NCBI GenBank assembly: GCA_008632985.1
Contig: QPGO01000041.1
Span: 434,001 to 498,000 of the forward strand
DNA from: Psammoneis japonica
Taxonomy: Eukaryota
DNA length: 64,000 nucleotides
Direction: 5' to 3'
The position numbers and the translations under genes were made by a program. Positions within the stretch are counted from its first letter, which is position 1. Every line of letters begins with the position of its first letter. Positions 23,902-35,480 of this stretch are shown piece by piece. Under the pieces are notes generated by a model. That model had not been told where the DNA came from and ran no database searches. It saw only the letters and a list, made by a program, of their open reading frames with translations.

Positions 23902-25461
23902 TTACACATCAAACTTTTCCAAATCCCCCTTCCAGTGCGCAAAGGTATCATAACTCCCCGTATAGGCCGTGTCATAGGCCAATTCATCCTCGAGGGATTC
24001 GTTCTCGATGCAGCTCGCTAGAAATTGTCTCGACCGCAAGCGTCTCGCCGACAGGGCGCCCACCAAGAGCGCCATGGTGGCCACGGTGGCAATGATAATC
24101 CACTGGTCTTGCGCCTGTTGTGGCATTTGTTGAATCTTGTCCAAATTCAATTTCATGGCTTGAGCAGTCTCTTGCGAATTTCCCAAGGCTTGAGCATCTC
24201 GTTGTGTAGCGCCCAAAGCTTGAGCATCTTGTGGTGTAGCGCCCATGGCCTGATCTTCTTGCTGCGTCGCGCCCAGAGCCTGAGCTTCCTGCTGTTGCAG
24301 AACTTGAGCGTCTTGTTGGGTTCCTCCCATCGCTTCAGCCACCACCTCCTCAGCTCCTGCAAGTACAGACTCGCCAGTAGATCCCAACACGGGCGGTTGC
24401 AGATAAATCTCGGTACGCCCGTCATGGAGGGACGCCAGTTTCACCGGCGTCCCGTCCTCGGCATAGACTACATCGGGAGCAAAGAGCTGTCCATTCTTGA
24501 TGGAAGCGGCAGCGTCATAATAGTAAATCTTGGGGCTGCGTCGTCCCATGGTATTCTGCTGTTGCTGCGTGGCTCCCACTGCATTTTGTTGCTGCTGTGC
24601 GGTTGCCGAGACCGCCTGCTGCTGTTGCTGCTCTGTAGCCTGTAGAGAGTTTCCAGCCTCCTCTGTCGCCTGCAGAGCGGTTCCATCCACTTTTTGCATT
24701 GCGTTTTCATTGTTAGCCTCCATCATTTGATTACCCGCCACAAATTGCGAGGAAGCAGTCAACAAGTTTGCGCTGTTATTTTCGGTCGCCATCATGGCTT
24801 GGTTGGTATTGAATTGCGAGGCTCCACGCGGTTTGGGCCGTGGTCGAGCAACCACCCTGGCGTTGCTAGTACCAAGAGCTGCAGGCTGTTGTTGTTGCTG
24901 CAGAGGCACCACACCAGCTGTGACTCCCAGAGGAGCAATCACGGGAAGGGGCGGCTCTCCTTTGCTCTCGGCCGGAACGTACTTGGTTTGCGTAGCTGAT
25001 GCAGCAGCACGAGGCTGAACTACCAATTTCTGTTGTTGTACTGCCCGATGTGGTTTGTTGAGAATAATTTTGTTTTTCTTTTTCGGTCTCACCGGTACTC
25101 GGACCGCTTGTAGTTTCGATTGTTGTTGTACCGCCGCACTCTCCACAGTCTTGCCGGCATGCAACACCAGAGCCAAACTCCATAAAAAGAGTACCATCAA
25201 GGGTGATGCCAATACCAATCGTGTTGTCCACTTGGCCATGCGATCGCCAGAGCGACGTCGTATTCGGTGACGACCCGGCGTTACTTCCGCGGAGTAGTAT
25301 TGTGAAGGACGCATATCGACATTGCTCCAAATCGGTGTGGTGGAGGACGGACTTAACGGTGTTGATTCCGCGTTGCTTCTGCGCCGTTCGACATAGGATG
25401 GAGTGCCATAGCTTGGGCCATATTTGCTTCTTGTTGGTGGTGGCGGCGGTGTCTGCATCAT
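23902..25461 (-). CDS. Hypothetical two-TM protein with a Gln/Ala-rich low-complexity middle
   Basis: Intact ORF from MMQTPPPP. TM segments LASPLMVLFLWSLALVL and WIIIATVATMALLVGALSA. Internal (A)LGATQ repeats. Confidence 0.8.
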   Translation of the reverse strand: MMQTPPPPPTRSKYGPSYGTPSYVERRRSNAESTPLSPSSTTPIWSNVDMRPSQYYSAEVTPGRHRIRRRSGDRMAKWTTRLVLASPLMVLFLWSLALVLHAGKTVESAAVQQQSKLQAVRVPVRPKKKNKIILNKPHRAVQQQKLVVQPRAAASATQTKYVPAESKGEPPLPVIAPLGVTAGVVPLQQQQQPAALGTSNARVVARPRPKPRGASQFNTNQAMMATENNSANLLTASSQFVAGNQMMEANNENAMQKVDGTALQATEEAGNSLQATEQQQQQAVSATAQQQQNAVGATQQQQNTMGRRSPKIYYYDAAASIKNGQLFAPDVVYAEDGTPVKLASLHDGRTEIYLQPPVLGSTGESVLAGAEEVVAEAMGGTQQDAQVLQQQEAQALGATQQEDQAMGATPQDAQALGATQRDAQALGNSQETAQAMKLNLDKIQQMPQQAQDQWIIIATVATMALLVGALSARRLRSRQFLASCIENESLEDELAYDTAYTGSYDTFAHWKGDLEKFDV

Positions 25462-27719
25462 GGTGACAATATAGTAAATAGAGGCTGGAATTGCATCACA
25501 GCAACAACACAACAACAGATAGACGTGTCGTCGCCGTCCAAAAATGAATCCCGCAAGCGACCAGAGTACACCAACGTTTTTCGGTTCAATCTGTATTTAC
25601 GAAAGGTTTCATACTCAACAATTAGAAAGTATCTTACATACTTAATTTTAATTATGTAGATATTTGAATTCAATAATGTGTATGGATCGGTAGGATAGAA
25701 TTGGATGGAATTTAACGCCCGAGTCCCAACATTAAATTATTAAGGGATGAGGATTTCTTTAAAAATTAAACACGAAAACGCTTGCTTCTTGTGTGCGAGG
25801 TTGCGGGGGCACGGCATTCCTCTCTCTAGCAGCAGTGGGGCCATACGTAGAGAGCAGCAGTGGTGTCTCTGCAGCATTTTGTGAGATCCACTCCCCATTG
25901 CTGAGAATGGAAGGGTTTTTCCATGGCAGTCAATCATTTTTGCCTGTGGAGCTTGTTGTTTGTTCATGCCAGCTGCCATCAGCATTGGGAGGAGCCTGGA
26001 GCGGGTGTCCAAAAAATGACACGGCCAGATCCAGCCCACTCTTGTTCGAAGCATCGCAGCAAGGGACAGCCGCAATTAGAGGAGGAATCCATGAGATCAA
26101 CAGCCAGCTCATGAGGCTGTTCTGCTGCACTCAAGTTGAGCCACTTGATGCTCAATTGTGCTGTGAAAAAAGGGCAGAACAGCGGACGTTCTTCTTCTCA
26201 AAATGCGGCAGCACCACACTGATGGCTGACTGCACTCATGATGCTTGCACTCTGCACAGCTGCATCTTTTTGCTGTGTTCCAAGCTCCTCACAATTCCAT
26301 GTCAGTGCCCATGAAATTGTCCCTTTGTGTGAGTGAGTGGCCATGTGCCACTCTCTCTTTGGGGGGGATGTCGGAGCACAAGCAGTTGTGCCAATGACAA
26401 AGACACCAAAGGTTTCGTGGGGATGCTTTGTTGTGCCTGTGTTCAGGAGGTTCAGTGCTGCCATGGTGTTGAATCTCTTTGCATTTTTATTTCAGATTAC
26501 AGTGCTCTTTCCACGTAAAATTCTGCATGATTTCAATCCTTTTTGAACCGTCTGTTTTGGCACATCCAATTTTCAAGTGCAATTCTGTGCTGTTGGATCA
26601 ATTGTCGAGACAACAATGAGTCACTTTTTGTCACCCTGTGTTTTGTGCCAACTTTCTCTTTCCAAGTTTTCATGCAGCGCATTTTCAATTCAAGAAGAAT
26701 GCCACCTGGTGACATCTTAAGGTGGGATTTGGGGCACTTCGATGCATTGCTGGTTGATGCTCTTTTTCATCTTGTTGCTCAGGTTCAGTGTGCCATTTCC
26801 CTGTGCAATTTTCTGTGCATGATGGAATTTCTCTGTGACTGCCATCTTTCATGTTGAATTTTCTTGGATGTTTCATCCTGGGAAGTTCTTTCACTCTTAA
26901 AAGTGCTTCATCTTTGGAAATGGTCGCGGGCTTCAGTTTTCTGCAGTGTTTGTTTGTGGCCACTCCCACGTGGTGTGGCTGGGCTTGTCCATTCTTCAAA
27001 GCACAGCAACCCAGTTTGCCGTGCAACAAGCATCTGCTTGGGTGCTGTTTCAACTTGTAACTGTGGCATGTGACGGGCATTGATTTTCTGACTGTGTGTT
27101 GACAGTGCCGCCCTTTTGGGCAGCACTGGGGAATGTGGGTCTGCTGTGGTCGGTGTTGGCATGGGCAGCAGTGAGACAACAGTGCAATTAATTTCATTTT
27201 CTTTCAGTGTTCCAAGCTCCTCCCAGATTGCACACAGCTCTCAGAGGATCCAAACAACTTCCCAGCTCACAAAGCATTTCTGAATCTTGTTGTGAAAGTG
27301 GTGCAAAAGCAGAGCCTAGAAAAGCACAACTCATTTTCTGGACAAAACCTTGCCAAGTCTAGTCACTGGAAAGTTTCAAAGCACACTTGGGGAAAAAGCC
27401 ACAGCAAAAGGACATGATGGTCATGAGGACATCTGATTTGCCATGAGCTGCCAAACTTGCAAGGAGGAAACCAAAAAATTGAAAAACTTGGCACCTTGGT
27501 CAGAGAGTTGTTTCTAGCCTTATTTTGGAGGTTGAAAGCCCCCACACTCACAAAGAAAGAAAAAGCAAAAAAATGGAAGTGATGCTGTGGATGTTTGTGC
27601 TGTCAAAGTGGGCTTTCCAGGAGTGTCAGGACAGCACTGTCATGGAGTTAGAAAGTTGTTCAGGTGCAACCCCCTGGTGCTCTGAAAGTTGAGCTCTCCC
27701 TTTTTCCAAACATTCCCAC

Positions 27720-28381
27720 TTTTTTCATTGTTTTTCATTTTTGCCATCAGGAGGTGCACAGGCAGGGCAGCAAAACATCAAAACCTCAATTTTGTGCACA
27801 CTCTCGGCTGGCATTCTGCTGATGCTGATGTTCAGCATCAGCAAATTCCATTGGAGGTCCTTCTTGGCATGCTTGCAACACTCTGCTGGGTGGCTCTCAT
27901 TGTGGTGCAGAAGATCTCGTTCCCCCAAGGCTTGCTGCAGCACCACCAGGGTGGCTCCTGTTGATGACCCAGGGTTGGAGTGGATGCCAGCATGATCCAA
28001 ATGATTTCAATCATTCTTGAGGGTGTCTGCTTCCTGGTTCAACTCTGTTTGTGAGCCTGCACATTTTTCATTGTTTCATTTTTCAGCAATCAGGCACACA
28101 CCTGCAGGGCTGCAAAACATCAAAATCTCCAACTTGTGCACATTCTTGGCTGGCACTCTGCTGATGCTGATGTTTGGCATGTTGGCAGAGTCCATTGGAG
28201 GTCCTTCTTGGCATGTTTGTGGCAACATTCTGATGGGTTGCTCACAGATGTTGTTCCCAAGGTTTGCCATGCCACTGGGGTGGCTGTGTTGACAACCCAG
28301 GGATGGAGAGTGGACCAGTGTGACACAAGTGACTTAATCATTTTTGAGGACATCTGCTTCCTGGCTCAACTCTGTTTGTGA
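27720..28381. repeat. Tandem duplication, period ~345 bp
   Basis: tttttcattg...gcaaaacatcaaaa...ctgctgatgctgatgtt...ccattggaggtccttcttggcatg...ctgcttcctgg.tcaactctgtttgtgagc is present twice. Confidence 0.85.
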
Positions 28382-31300
28382 GCTGCTGAGCCTGGGAGCT
28401 TTAAAAGAGGGCAGATGCATGCGCCACTGAGTGGGGCTTGTTGGTTGTCCCACACTGTGCCCAGCTGTTGCTCCCAAACTCTTAGCTTCATGCAGAGTTG
28501 GGAAATTGGAAATTGCATTGGCAAGGTTGGGAGTCAAAAATGGTGCCAGCACCCACTCACAAATGTTGCTGACAATGGTTTTCCTGGACCAGTCCAATGC
28601 CACCTCTTTTAACCCTGTTCTGTCTCTGCCCACCAGGGGCAAACATTCTCTGTGGCTGCGTCAAAAGTGACAGATTCCTCTGGAATGGGGTGGAAAATGG
28701 CACTTCAGTTGGCCAGCACAAAAATTTGTTGATGCCATGGCAGGACAGAGGATTTTGTTGGAGGTGCCTTCATTGGAGGTTGCCACCAGCATGGCAACAT
28801 GGAGCTGGGAATGTTTGGCAATGTAAAAGGAGAGCAAAAAGGATGCTTCCAGATGGAAACAGCAACTCCAGTTGTGCTGGAGAAGCCACTGAAGGGATGG
28901 CAGCTGCAAGCAGCATTGTGTTTGGCAGTGGTGCATGGGGATCCACTGGGATCTAGGATGGATGCTCTTGTGGCCAGTCCAACCCCATGGTTCAAAGTGC
29001 AAAGTTGGCACCTGGGCACAAGAATGCAATGCTGGGTTGGCACAGCACTCAGCTAGCATCACAACAACATCAGCACCAATTGCATTGGATGTGTCAATGG
29101 CTGCACAATGTTGGAAGCAATGCAGTTGAGTTCTGGCATTCTGAGCTCTGCACACACTGGCCTCTGTTGTCAGCACTTGACAGGATGGTTGTCTTGGCTG
29201 TCACTTTTTGGCTGACTCCTCTTTGAGCTTCAAGCCTCAACAGAACAGGGGACAAGGTTGTTGGAGCAGATGAGAGTGTTCTGCTGCAGTTGCACCACTT
29301 TCAAATTCCTGTGCACAAAGCAGGGAATGAGCACATCAGTGCCAGTGTGATGGAGTGGTCTGCTGAGTGTGCCAAAGCACATCTTGATGCTCAAAAATGG
29401 AGATGAAAACTCCAAGTGCACTGACATCCTCTTTCTGAGGACCCACCATGTTGGGCACAGGGGGCAGGGATCCTGCCAGAGGCAGCAGCAGATTGTGGAA
29501 CAAAACACCTGTCCACTCACAATGACTTTGGGGGGCTCCAAAGTCAGTGTGTGCAACAACCAACCTTGACTGCCCTGTCTGCAAGTGAGGCAGATGACTC
29601 TCTTCCAAGATGATTTTAGTGGTGTTGGCCTTGAGATCAGTGTGATGCATGATGGCTGGCCTTGCCCCCTGCTTGCAACAGGTGTGGGGCAGAGCAACTT
29701 CTGTTCCAAAATCACTTGGACAGGGACCACATGTTGCAGTGTCTGGACAATGAAGCATGGTGATGAAAATTCTTGCAAAGACTTTGAAAACATTGCAACC
29801 ACATTGACACAATGCTGCCACGTTGACACTTTCTGACAGCCTCCTTTAGAAGCTTGGTTTAATGACAAAATGATGTGCACCAATGAGGTTGATTGTCACT
29901 CCCCTGCAGAGCTCTGTGGAATGCTCAATCAGATGTTGGATGGCGCCAAGCATTTGATGGATGCCACTCCTTCCTTTGGCAAACGTTCTTCAATCTGGCA
30001 ACTTGTGCAATTCCAGCATCCTCTGCCAGCACCAAGAAGAAAACAAGCAACCTCCAGATTGGACAATTCAGATCGGATCTTACATGTGAAGGCAGTGGTG
30101 GGAGCTCTGGGAAGAGCACAACCGTCTTTGGTTCATGGGCATGATGTCGACTAAAGGAAATCCTCCCAATGATGCAAGGCTGAGGCCAAGTTGACAGCAA
30201 CACACAACAGATGTCAGAAGCACCTGGCCAAAGACAAAGAAGTTTTGTCAGATGCCTTAGAGGAGCATGAGATGTTCTCTGCAACATGAGTGCAGAATTG
30301 GACTACTGTGGTCTGCCCCAAACTAAAAACGACAGTTTGAAGGAAGCAAAATCTTTGGTGCTTCATGGAACATGCACTGTTGTTGGCCATTTCCATCAGG
30401 CACGTCCAGATGGAGGCACTGCAATTGGCTGATCACATGAACTTTGCACAGACTGGAGCCCCTTGACAGAGTTGTAGAGAGTTGCTTGCGCTGCTCCTCC
30501 CAGATCAAGGTGGTGATGTGCTGCTCACAAGAAAAGGCATTGTTGAGCATGAGCTGCTGCATGGGCATGACAGCCAATGGCAAACCCAATGTCTGGCTCA
30601 CTTCTAAACACCCAATGGAACAACTGCACAGAGAGTGAACTCCCTTGAAACTGATGACACATCTTTTGAAACTGCCACCAAAAACAGCAACAGCTTCTTT
30701 GACATGCTTTGTTTCCTGCCCAACCTTTGCAGGGCACAACAAATGCTTGACAGTGTTGGCATCAGCACAGCTTCTGTTAAAAGACAGCAACAATGAATTC
30801 AAGGGTGGCACCAATGCTGGGTGATGGCAGCAACACTGTGTGATTTTTGCTGCACTTGGGCCAGAGTGCTGATTGACAGCCACTGTGCAGCCCTGCAGTC
30901 AAGGAGTGACAAAAAAATTTGCTCACTTGGCCATTGTGCCAGGAGAACACAGTGCAATGCCTGTGCCGCAGCCACTGGCTCTGCACCTGAGCTGTGTGTG
31001 GATGTGCAGACACTCTGTGCTTTTGACAGCTTGAGTTTTCTCCATCACGTGTGCCTTCACAGAGCAACAACCATCCTTGTCCAAGCATTGTTTGCCATGC
31101 TCTCTAATGTGCACAACTTGATTCATGCTGGTGGCATTGTGCAATTGCACACCAGGCTCCAACCTGAGAACATCACATCTGGGACACCAATGACATGGGT
31201 CTTGTTCTCACTGTCAAAAATGTTTGACTTTTAATTGGGCATTTTCTCTGTTTAATCTAAAATGTCACTGTGCCTTCTCATTTCTGCATTCATGAAATGT

Positions 31301-32899
31301 TTGACAACAACTGTCTCCAGTTGCACAGTCAACAATTTTTCCACTGAATGACAAACAAGATCGCAAATTCATTTGTGTTCATGACATGTCCTGAATGAAG
31401 CACACCCCACTTTTCCAGATCTTAAACTTTGTAGACATCAAGTTGGATTTTTCCTTCCTCCAAAATTTTTGCTCTCTGATGTTGCCATCTCCCTGTCATC
31501 TTCTTTCCACATGCCACTCTGTTAGATTGGAAGAACACATGCATTGTTCCTCTTCACTTGCTTTGTGTTTGCGGTTGTGCTTCTTGCTGACAACTTTGTT
31601 CTGTCAGTGAATTGTTGTGTGCATCTTTCTCTGTCATGTCACACCAGTGATGCAGTCACAAGGTCTTGTGTGCCCTTGTTGCAAACATTCTGTGTGGTTC
31701 TGAGCATGTTTTTTGTCATCATCTTGCCACCAACTGTGGTGCTGCCCTTGGTCTGACCAAGTTTTTCAGCTGCTGCCCATGCTGCAGACAACATGGTTTC
31801 AACTTGGAGAAAAAGTTGGAGAGCACCATCTTCCATGATGCCCCACTGCTTCCACCACTTCCCTCTTTTCTCTTGCAGCACAGTCATCTTCAAGAGCTCA
31901 CATGCCATCCTTGTCTGGTTGGATTTTGATTGCTTTGCTTCCTTGCCATGCGCTGCTGTCTCTGGCACCTCAGTTGGGTGTTTTTCTGATCAATGCATGT
32001 GCCCCCATTGCTGAACTCCCTTTTCCAACATTGCCTGGCATCTCCAAAAGTGTGCACCCTGCCATGAGAAGCAGGATGCTTCTTTGTGACACTGCCCTGC
32101 TGTTGATGCATTTCCCCTTTGAGAAGACAACACCATGTGCAAATTTGATGCATGTGGTGAACTTGACAATGACCCTGTGTTTGGTTTGGCAACGATGCAC
32201 CCAATCCTCCCTTTCTCAAAGAGCCAGTTAAATCCAGATCCATCTCCTCCCACCAACTTGGCCAATGACTCTGCCATCAGTGCCTCTGGGTGCCATTGGA
32301 AGCTGCTCATGACCCCCTTCTGTTTGATGCTCTAGATGTTTTTCTGTGCTGCCAAGGCTGCCATTGCAAATGCTTGCTGACTCATCTTGTTTGCCGGTGA
32401 TGGTGTTTCTGCCCTTGAAGGCAAAAGTGCTGTCAACTCTCAATGTTCCCAAGTTCAGTGCAGCCAACTCTCTTTGTGGCACTTGGGGTGCTCCTGCAAT
32501 TTCTTGTTTGGCAACTGATGCATCTCCTCCTTGTCCCCCCAATGACTTGATTGCAGATTCCTCATTTGATCCCAAAAATCTGCTGGGGCCTGCACTTGGT
32601 CTTGCCTTGCCCTGATGAGGATTTTGACATTCCTCCAGTGTGCCTGCCCGACATCGCACCCATGCTGGTTTGCCTGTTGCATCTTTGTCACTGGTCCAGT
32701 GTTGTGATTGACTTCATTGAAAATGGCTTGTAAGATGTGGAGGTTGCTCAAGGTGCAAGTGGACCTCGTGAAGTGAAGTGGCTTGACCCTCTCTGATGCA
32801 CTGACATTCCTTGCACACTTGGGATTGTCTGAAAAAGGGGCAAAGATGGATTGAAGCAATCATTTGAAGAATTTTGTGTTGCCACCCTCAGCCAGTGAT

Positions 32900-34310
32900 T
32901 TTGCACCATTTTGACTGAATCAATTGCACAGACAGAGTGCAGTGCAGTGCAGCAGATTCTGCCAGCCTCAACACTTTCCAAGCTAATCTGCTTATTTGCA
33001 ATTGCCATTGCATGCCAAGAATTTAGGTTTTTTGGTTTTGTCTCTGTGTCTTTCTGAGTCTTGGCATTCACAGACTGAACTGTCAATCTTTTGGCTTTCT
33101 TGGACATCACTGACTGCTTGATTGTTGCATTTCCTTGCAGTTTGGACATTGTTTGTTGGTTCATGGCTGCAGTCTTCAATGCATTGAGGCAAAAGACAGA
33201 TGCAACTGGGACACCCAAATTGCTGATGTTCTCAGCTTCTGATTCTGCATTTGTGCCCAAACAAACACAGTGCCAGCATGCTGAACAATTGTTGCACTTG
33301 TGCCATTTGACTGATTCAACTGCACAAACAGAGTGCACTGCAGTGCAGCAGACTCTGTTGGCCTCAACACTTTCCAAGCTGTTCTGTTTCCTTGCAATTG
33401 CTGTTGCATGCCAAGCCTTTGGGTTGTTTGGTTTTGGCTCTGTGTCTTTCTGAGTCTTGGCATTCACAGGTTGAACTGCCAAGCTTTTGTTTTCTTGGAC
33501 ACTGCTGGCTGCATGACTGTTGCACTCCCTTGCTGTTCAGTCATTTGGCTCATGGCTGCGGCTTTCGATGCATTGTGGTGAATGACAGGTGTGACTGTGA
33601 TGCCCACACTGCTGTCATTCTTGGCTTTTGATTCTTTGTTTGCACCCAAATGCTTGGCTTCAGCATTTTCTAAGCTGCTCCACTTCTTTGTGGTTGCAGT
33701 TGCATGCTGAAACTCCACGTCTTTCAGTTTTGGCTCTGTGTCTTTCTGAGTCTTGGCAACCACAGACTGAGCTGCCAAACTTTTGGTTTTCTTGAACATT
33801 GCTGGCTGCTTGACTGTTGCACTCCCTTGCCATTCAGTTGCTTGGTTCATGGCTGCAGCCTTTCATGCATTGTGGCAATCATTGGCACATCACTGCAACA
33901 CCCACATGGCTGTTGTTCTTGGTTTCTGATTCTGCATTCACACCCAAATGAATGGCCTCACCATTTTCTAAGCTGTTTTGCTTCTTTGCAAGAACTGCCA
34001 TTGCATGCTGAGACTTTGGGTTGCTCAGTTTTGGCTCTGTGTCTTTCTGAGTTTTAGCATCCACAGGCTGAACTGCCAAGCTTTCAGTTTTCTTGGACAC
34101 TGCTGACTGCTTGACTGTTGCACTCCCTTGCTGCTCAGTTGTTTGGTTTCTGGCCATGGCTTTTGATGCATTGTGGTGAAAGACAGACATGACTGCAACA
34201 CCCATGCTGCTGTTGTTCTCAGTGTCTGATTCTGCATTCACACTCAAATGAATGGCCTCAACACTTTCCAAGCTGTTCTGCTTCTTTGTGATTGCCGTTG
34301 AATGCTGAAA
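32900..34310 (-). repeat. Degenerate coding tandem repeat, ~4 units of ~300-400 bp
   Basis: Recurrent ctgtgtctttctgagtcttggca and gcctcaacactttccaagct. The peptide AVQ(P/S)V.AKTQKDTEPK is repeated four times. Confidence 0.85.
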
Positions 34311-35480
34311 CTTCAGGTTCCAGAGCAGCCCAGAAGGTGCAGCTAAGACACCAAGCTGTTGCCATCAAAGGCTGAGAAAGCTCCAGAGTTGGTGGGAAAT
34401 GGGCAAGCTGGCTGTGGCTCCACAAAAATTGGATTTGAGGTGTGTCTTGTTGCATCAACTGGTGAGCACCCCAAAGAATTTTTCATCAGCCTTGTGCGGC
34501 ATATGTGCAGACAGCCCTGGCTGCAACTGCTGCTGCAGCAGCAGGAGAAGGGAAAAATGAGTGAGCATGAGGGGCGGTGCAACACAGAGCACTTCTCAGA
34601 GATGCTGTTGCGTGTTGCTTGTGTGCAGCGTTGCCGGCCATGTGCCCGTGGTGGCATGTCTTCAGCCAGAGTTTTTTTTTGTTTTGTCCCCACTCGCACA
34701 AACTTGCACAGTGTGGGGCTTGTTGATGACTGAACCAAGCAGTGCCTGAACATGGCTGGCTAGCCTCTGTTGACAAAGGCAAAAAGGCATCATTCTCAAT
34801 GTGTCATTTGTCAGGCACGCACCACTCGTGGTGTGCAGAACATGGCAATTGTCGAAATCACTGTCACAGTTGTTGTTGTTGGTGATTTTCTTCTCCTGGA
34901 GAAAGCACCATGAAGCCTCAGTGCCAGAAAACAACATCAAACCACTCAGCAGGGGTTTGCTGGGCACAGAATCAGAAAGCTAAATATGCCAGCTTTCAGC
35001 ACAGAAAAATGAGTCTCTCGTGACAAACAAGAAAAGGCAGCTGCAAGGCACTTCAAAAATCAAATAAATTGCCACTCCAGACTTCTAAAACAAAGCATGA
35101 ATTGTGCCAAACAGACGTCAATGCATTGTCGACTGATGCAACGGTTTTTGCTCTGGCGCGCCCGCCCGCGATCCACTTGATGGGTGTTCGCCATAAGCCT
35201 GTGTGTTCGCTGCTGCGGCGTGTTATTCGTTCGACCAATCAGAATTGCCATCTCGTGGATGTCATGGCATGATCTTCGGAATCATCTTGGAGTGTGCGTG
35301 AGAGCGTGAAATCCAAAATCTCGTACCGGTACGCACGGTGCAGTACGTTTCGCGGATCGCGGAGTTTTTCGTTTGACGACTATTCTCTCGCATGCTCTAG
35401 AGAGTATCTGCCACCGTATCCTGCTTCTTGCAGATAGCTTAGGCGCAATTCGACCAGCTCTCTTCGTCCCATCCTTCATC

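Larger units (their letters stand above)
25900..35100 (-). mobile_element. Heavily mutated TE block containing a probable non-LTR (LINE) retrotransposon relic
   Basis: Minus-strand remnants at ~29.4-29.9 kb appear in RT motif order: CVNVVAMFSK/VFARIF, PVQ, IMHHTDLKA (cf. F.DLKxAYD) and VIVSG...LWQDPCPLCP (cf. GxxQGxxLSP). Strong TpA/CpG depletion throughout. Confidence 0.4.

Noticed and set aside
25900..35100. Dozens of overlapping 60-240 aa Cys/His/Gln-rich ORFs on both strands (also in the other depleted blocks)
   Set aside because: They are a by-product of TpA loss, which removes TAA/TAG stops and Tyr codons. They are not metal-binding microproteins.
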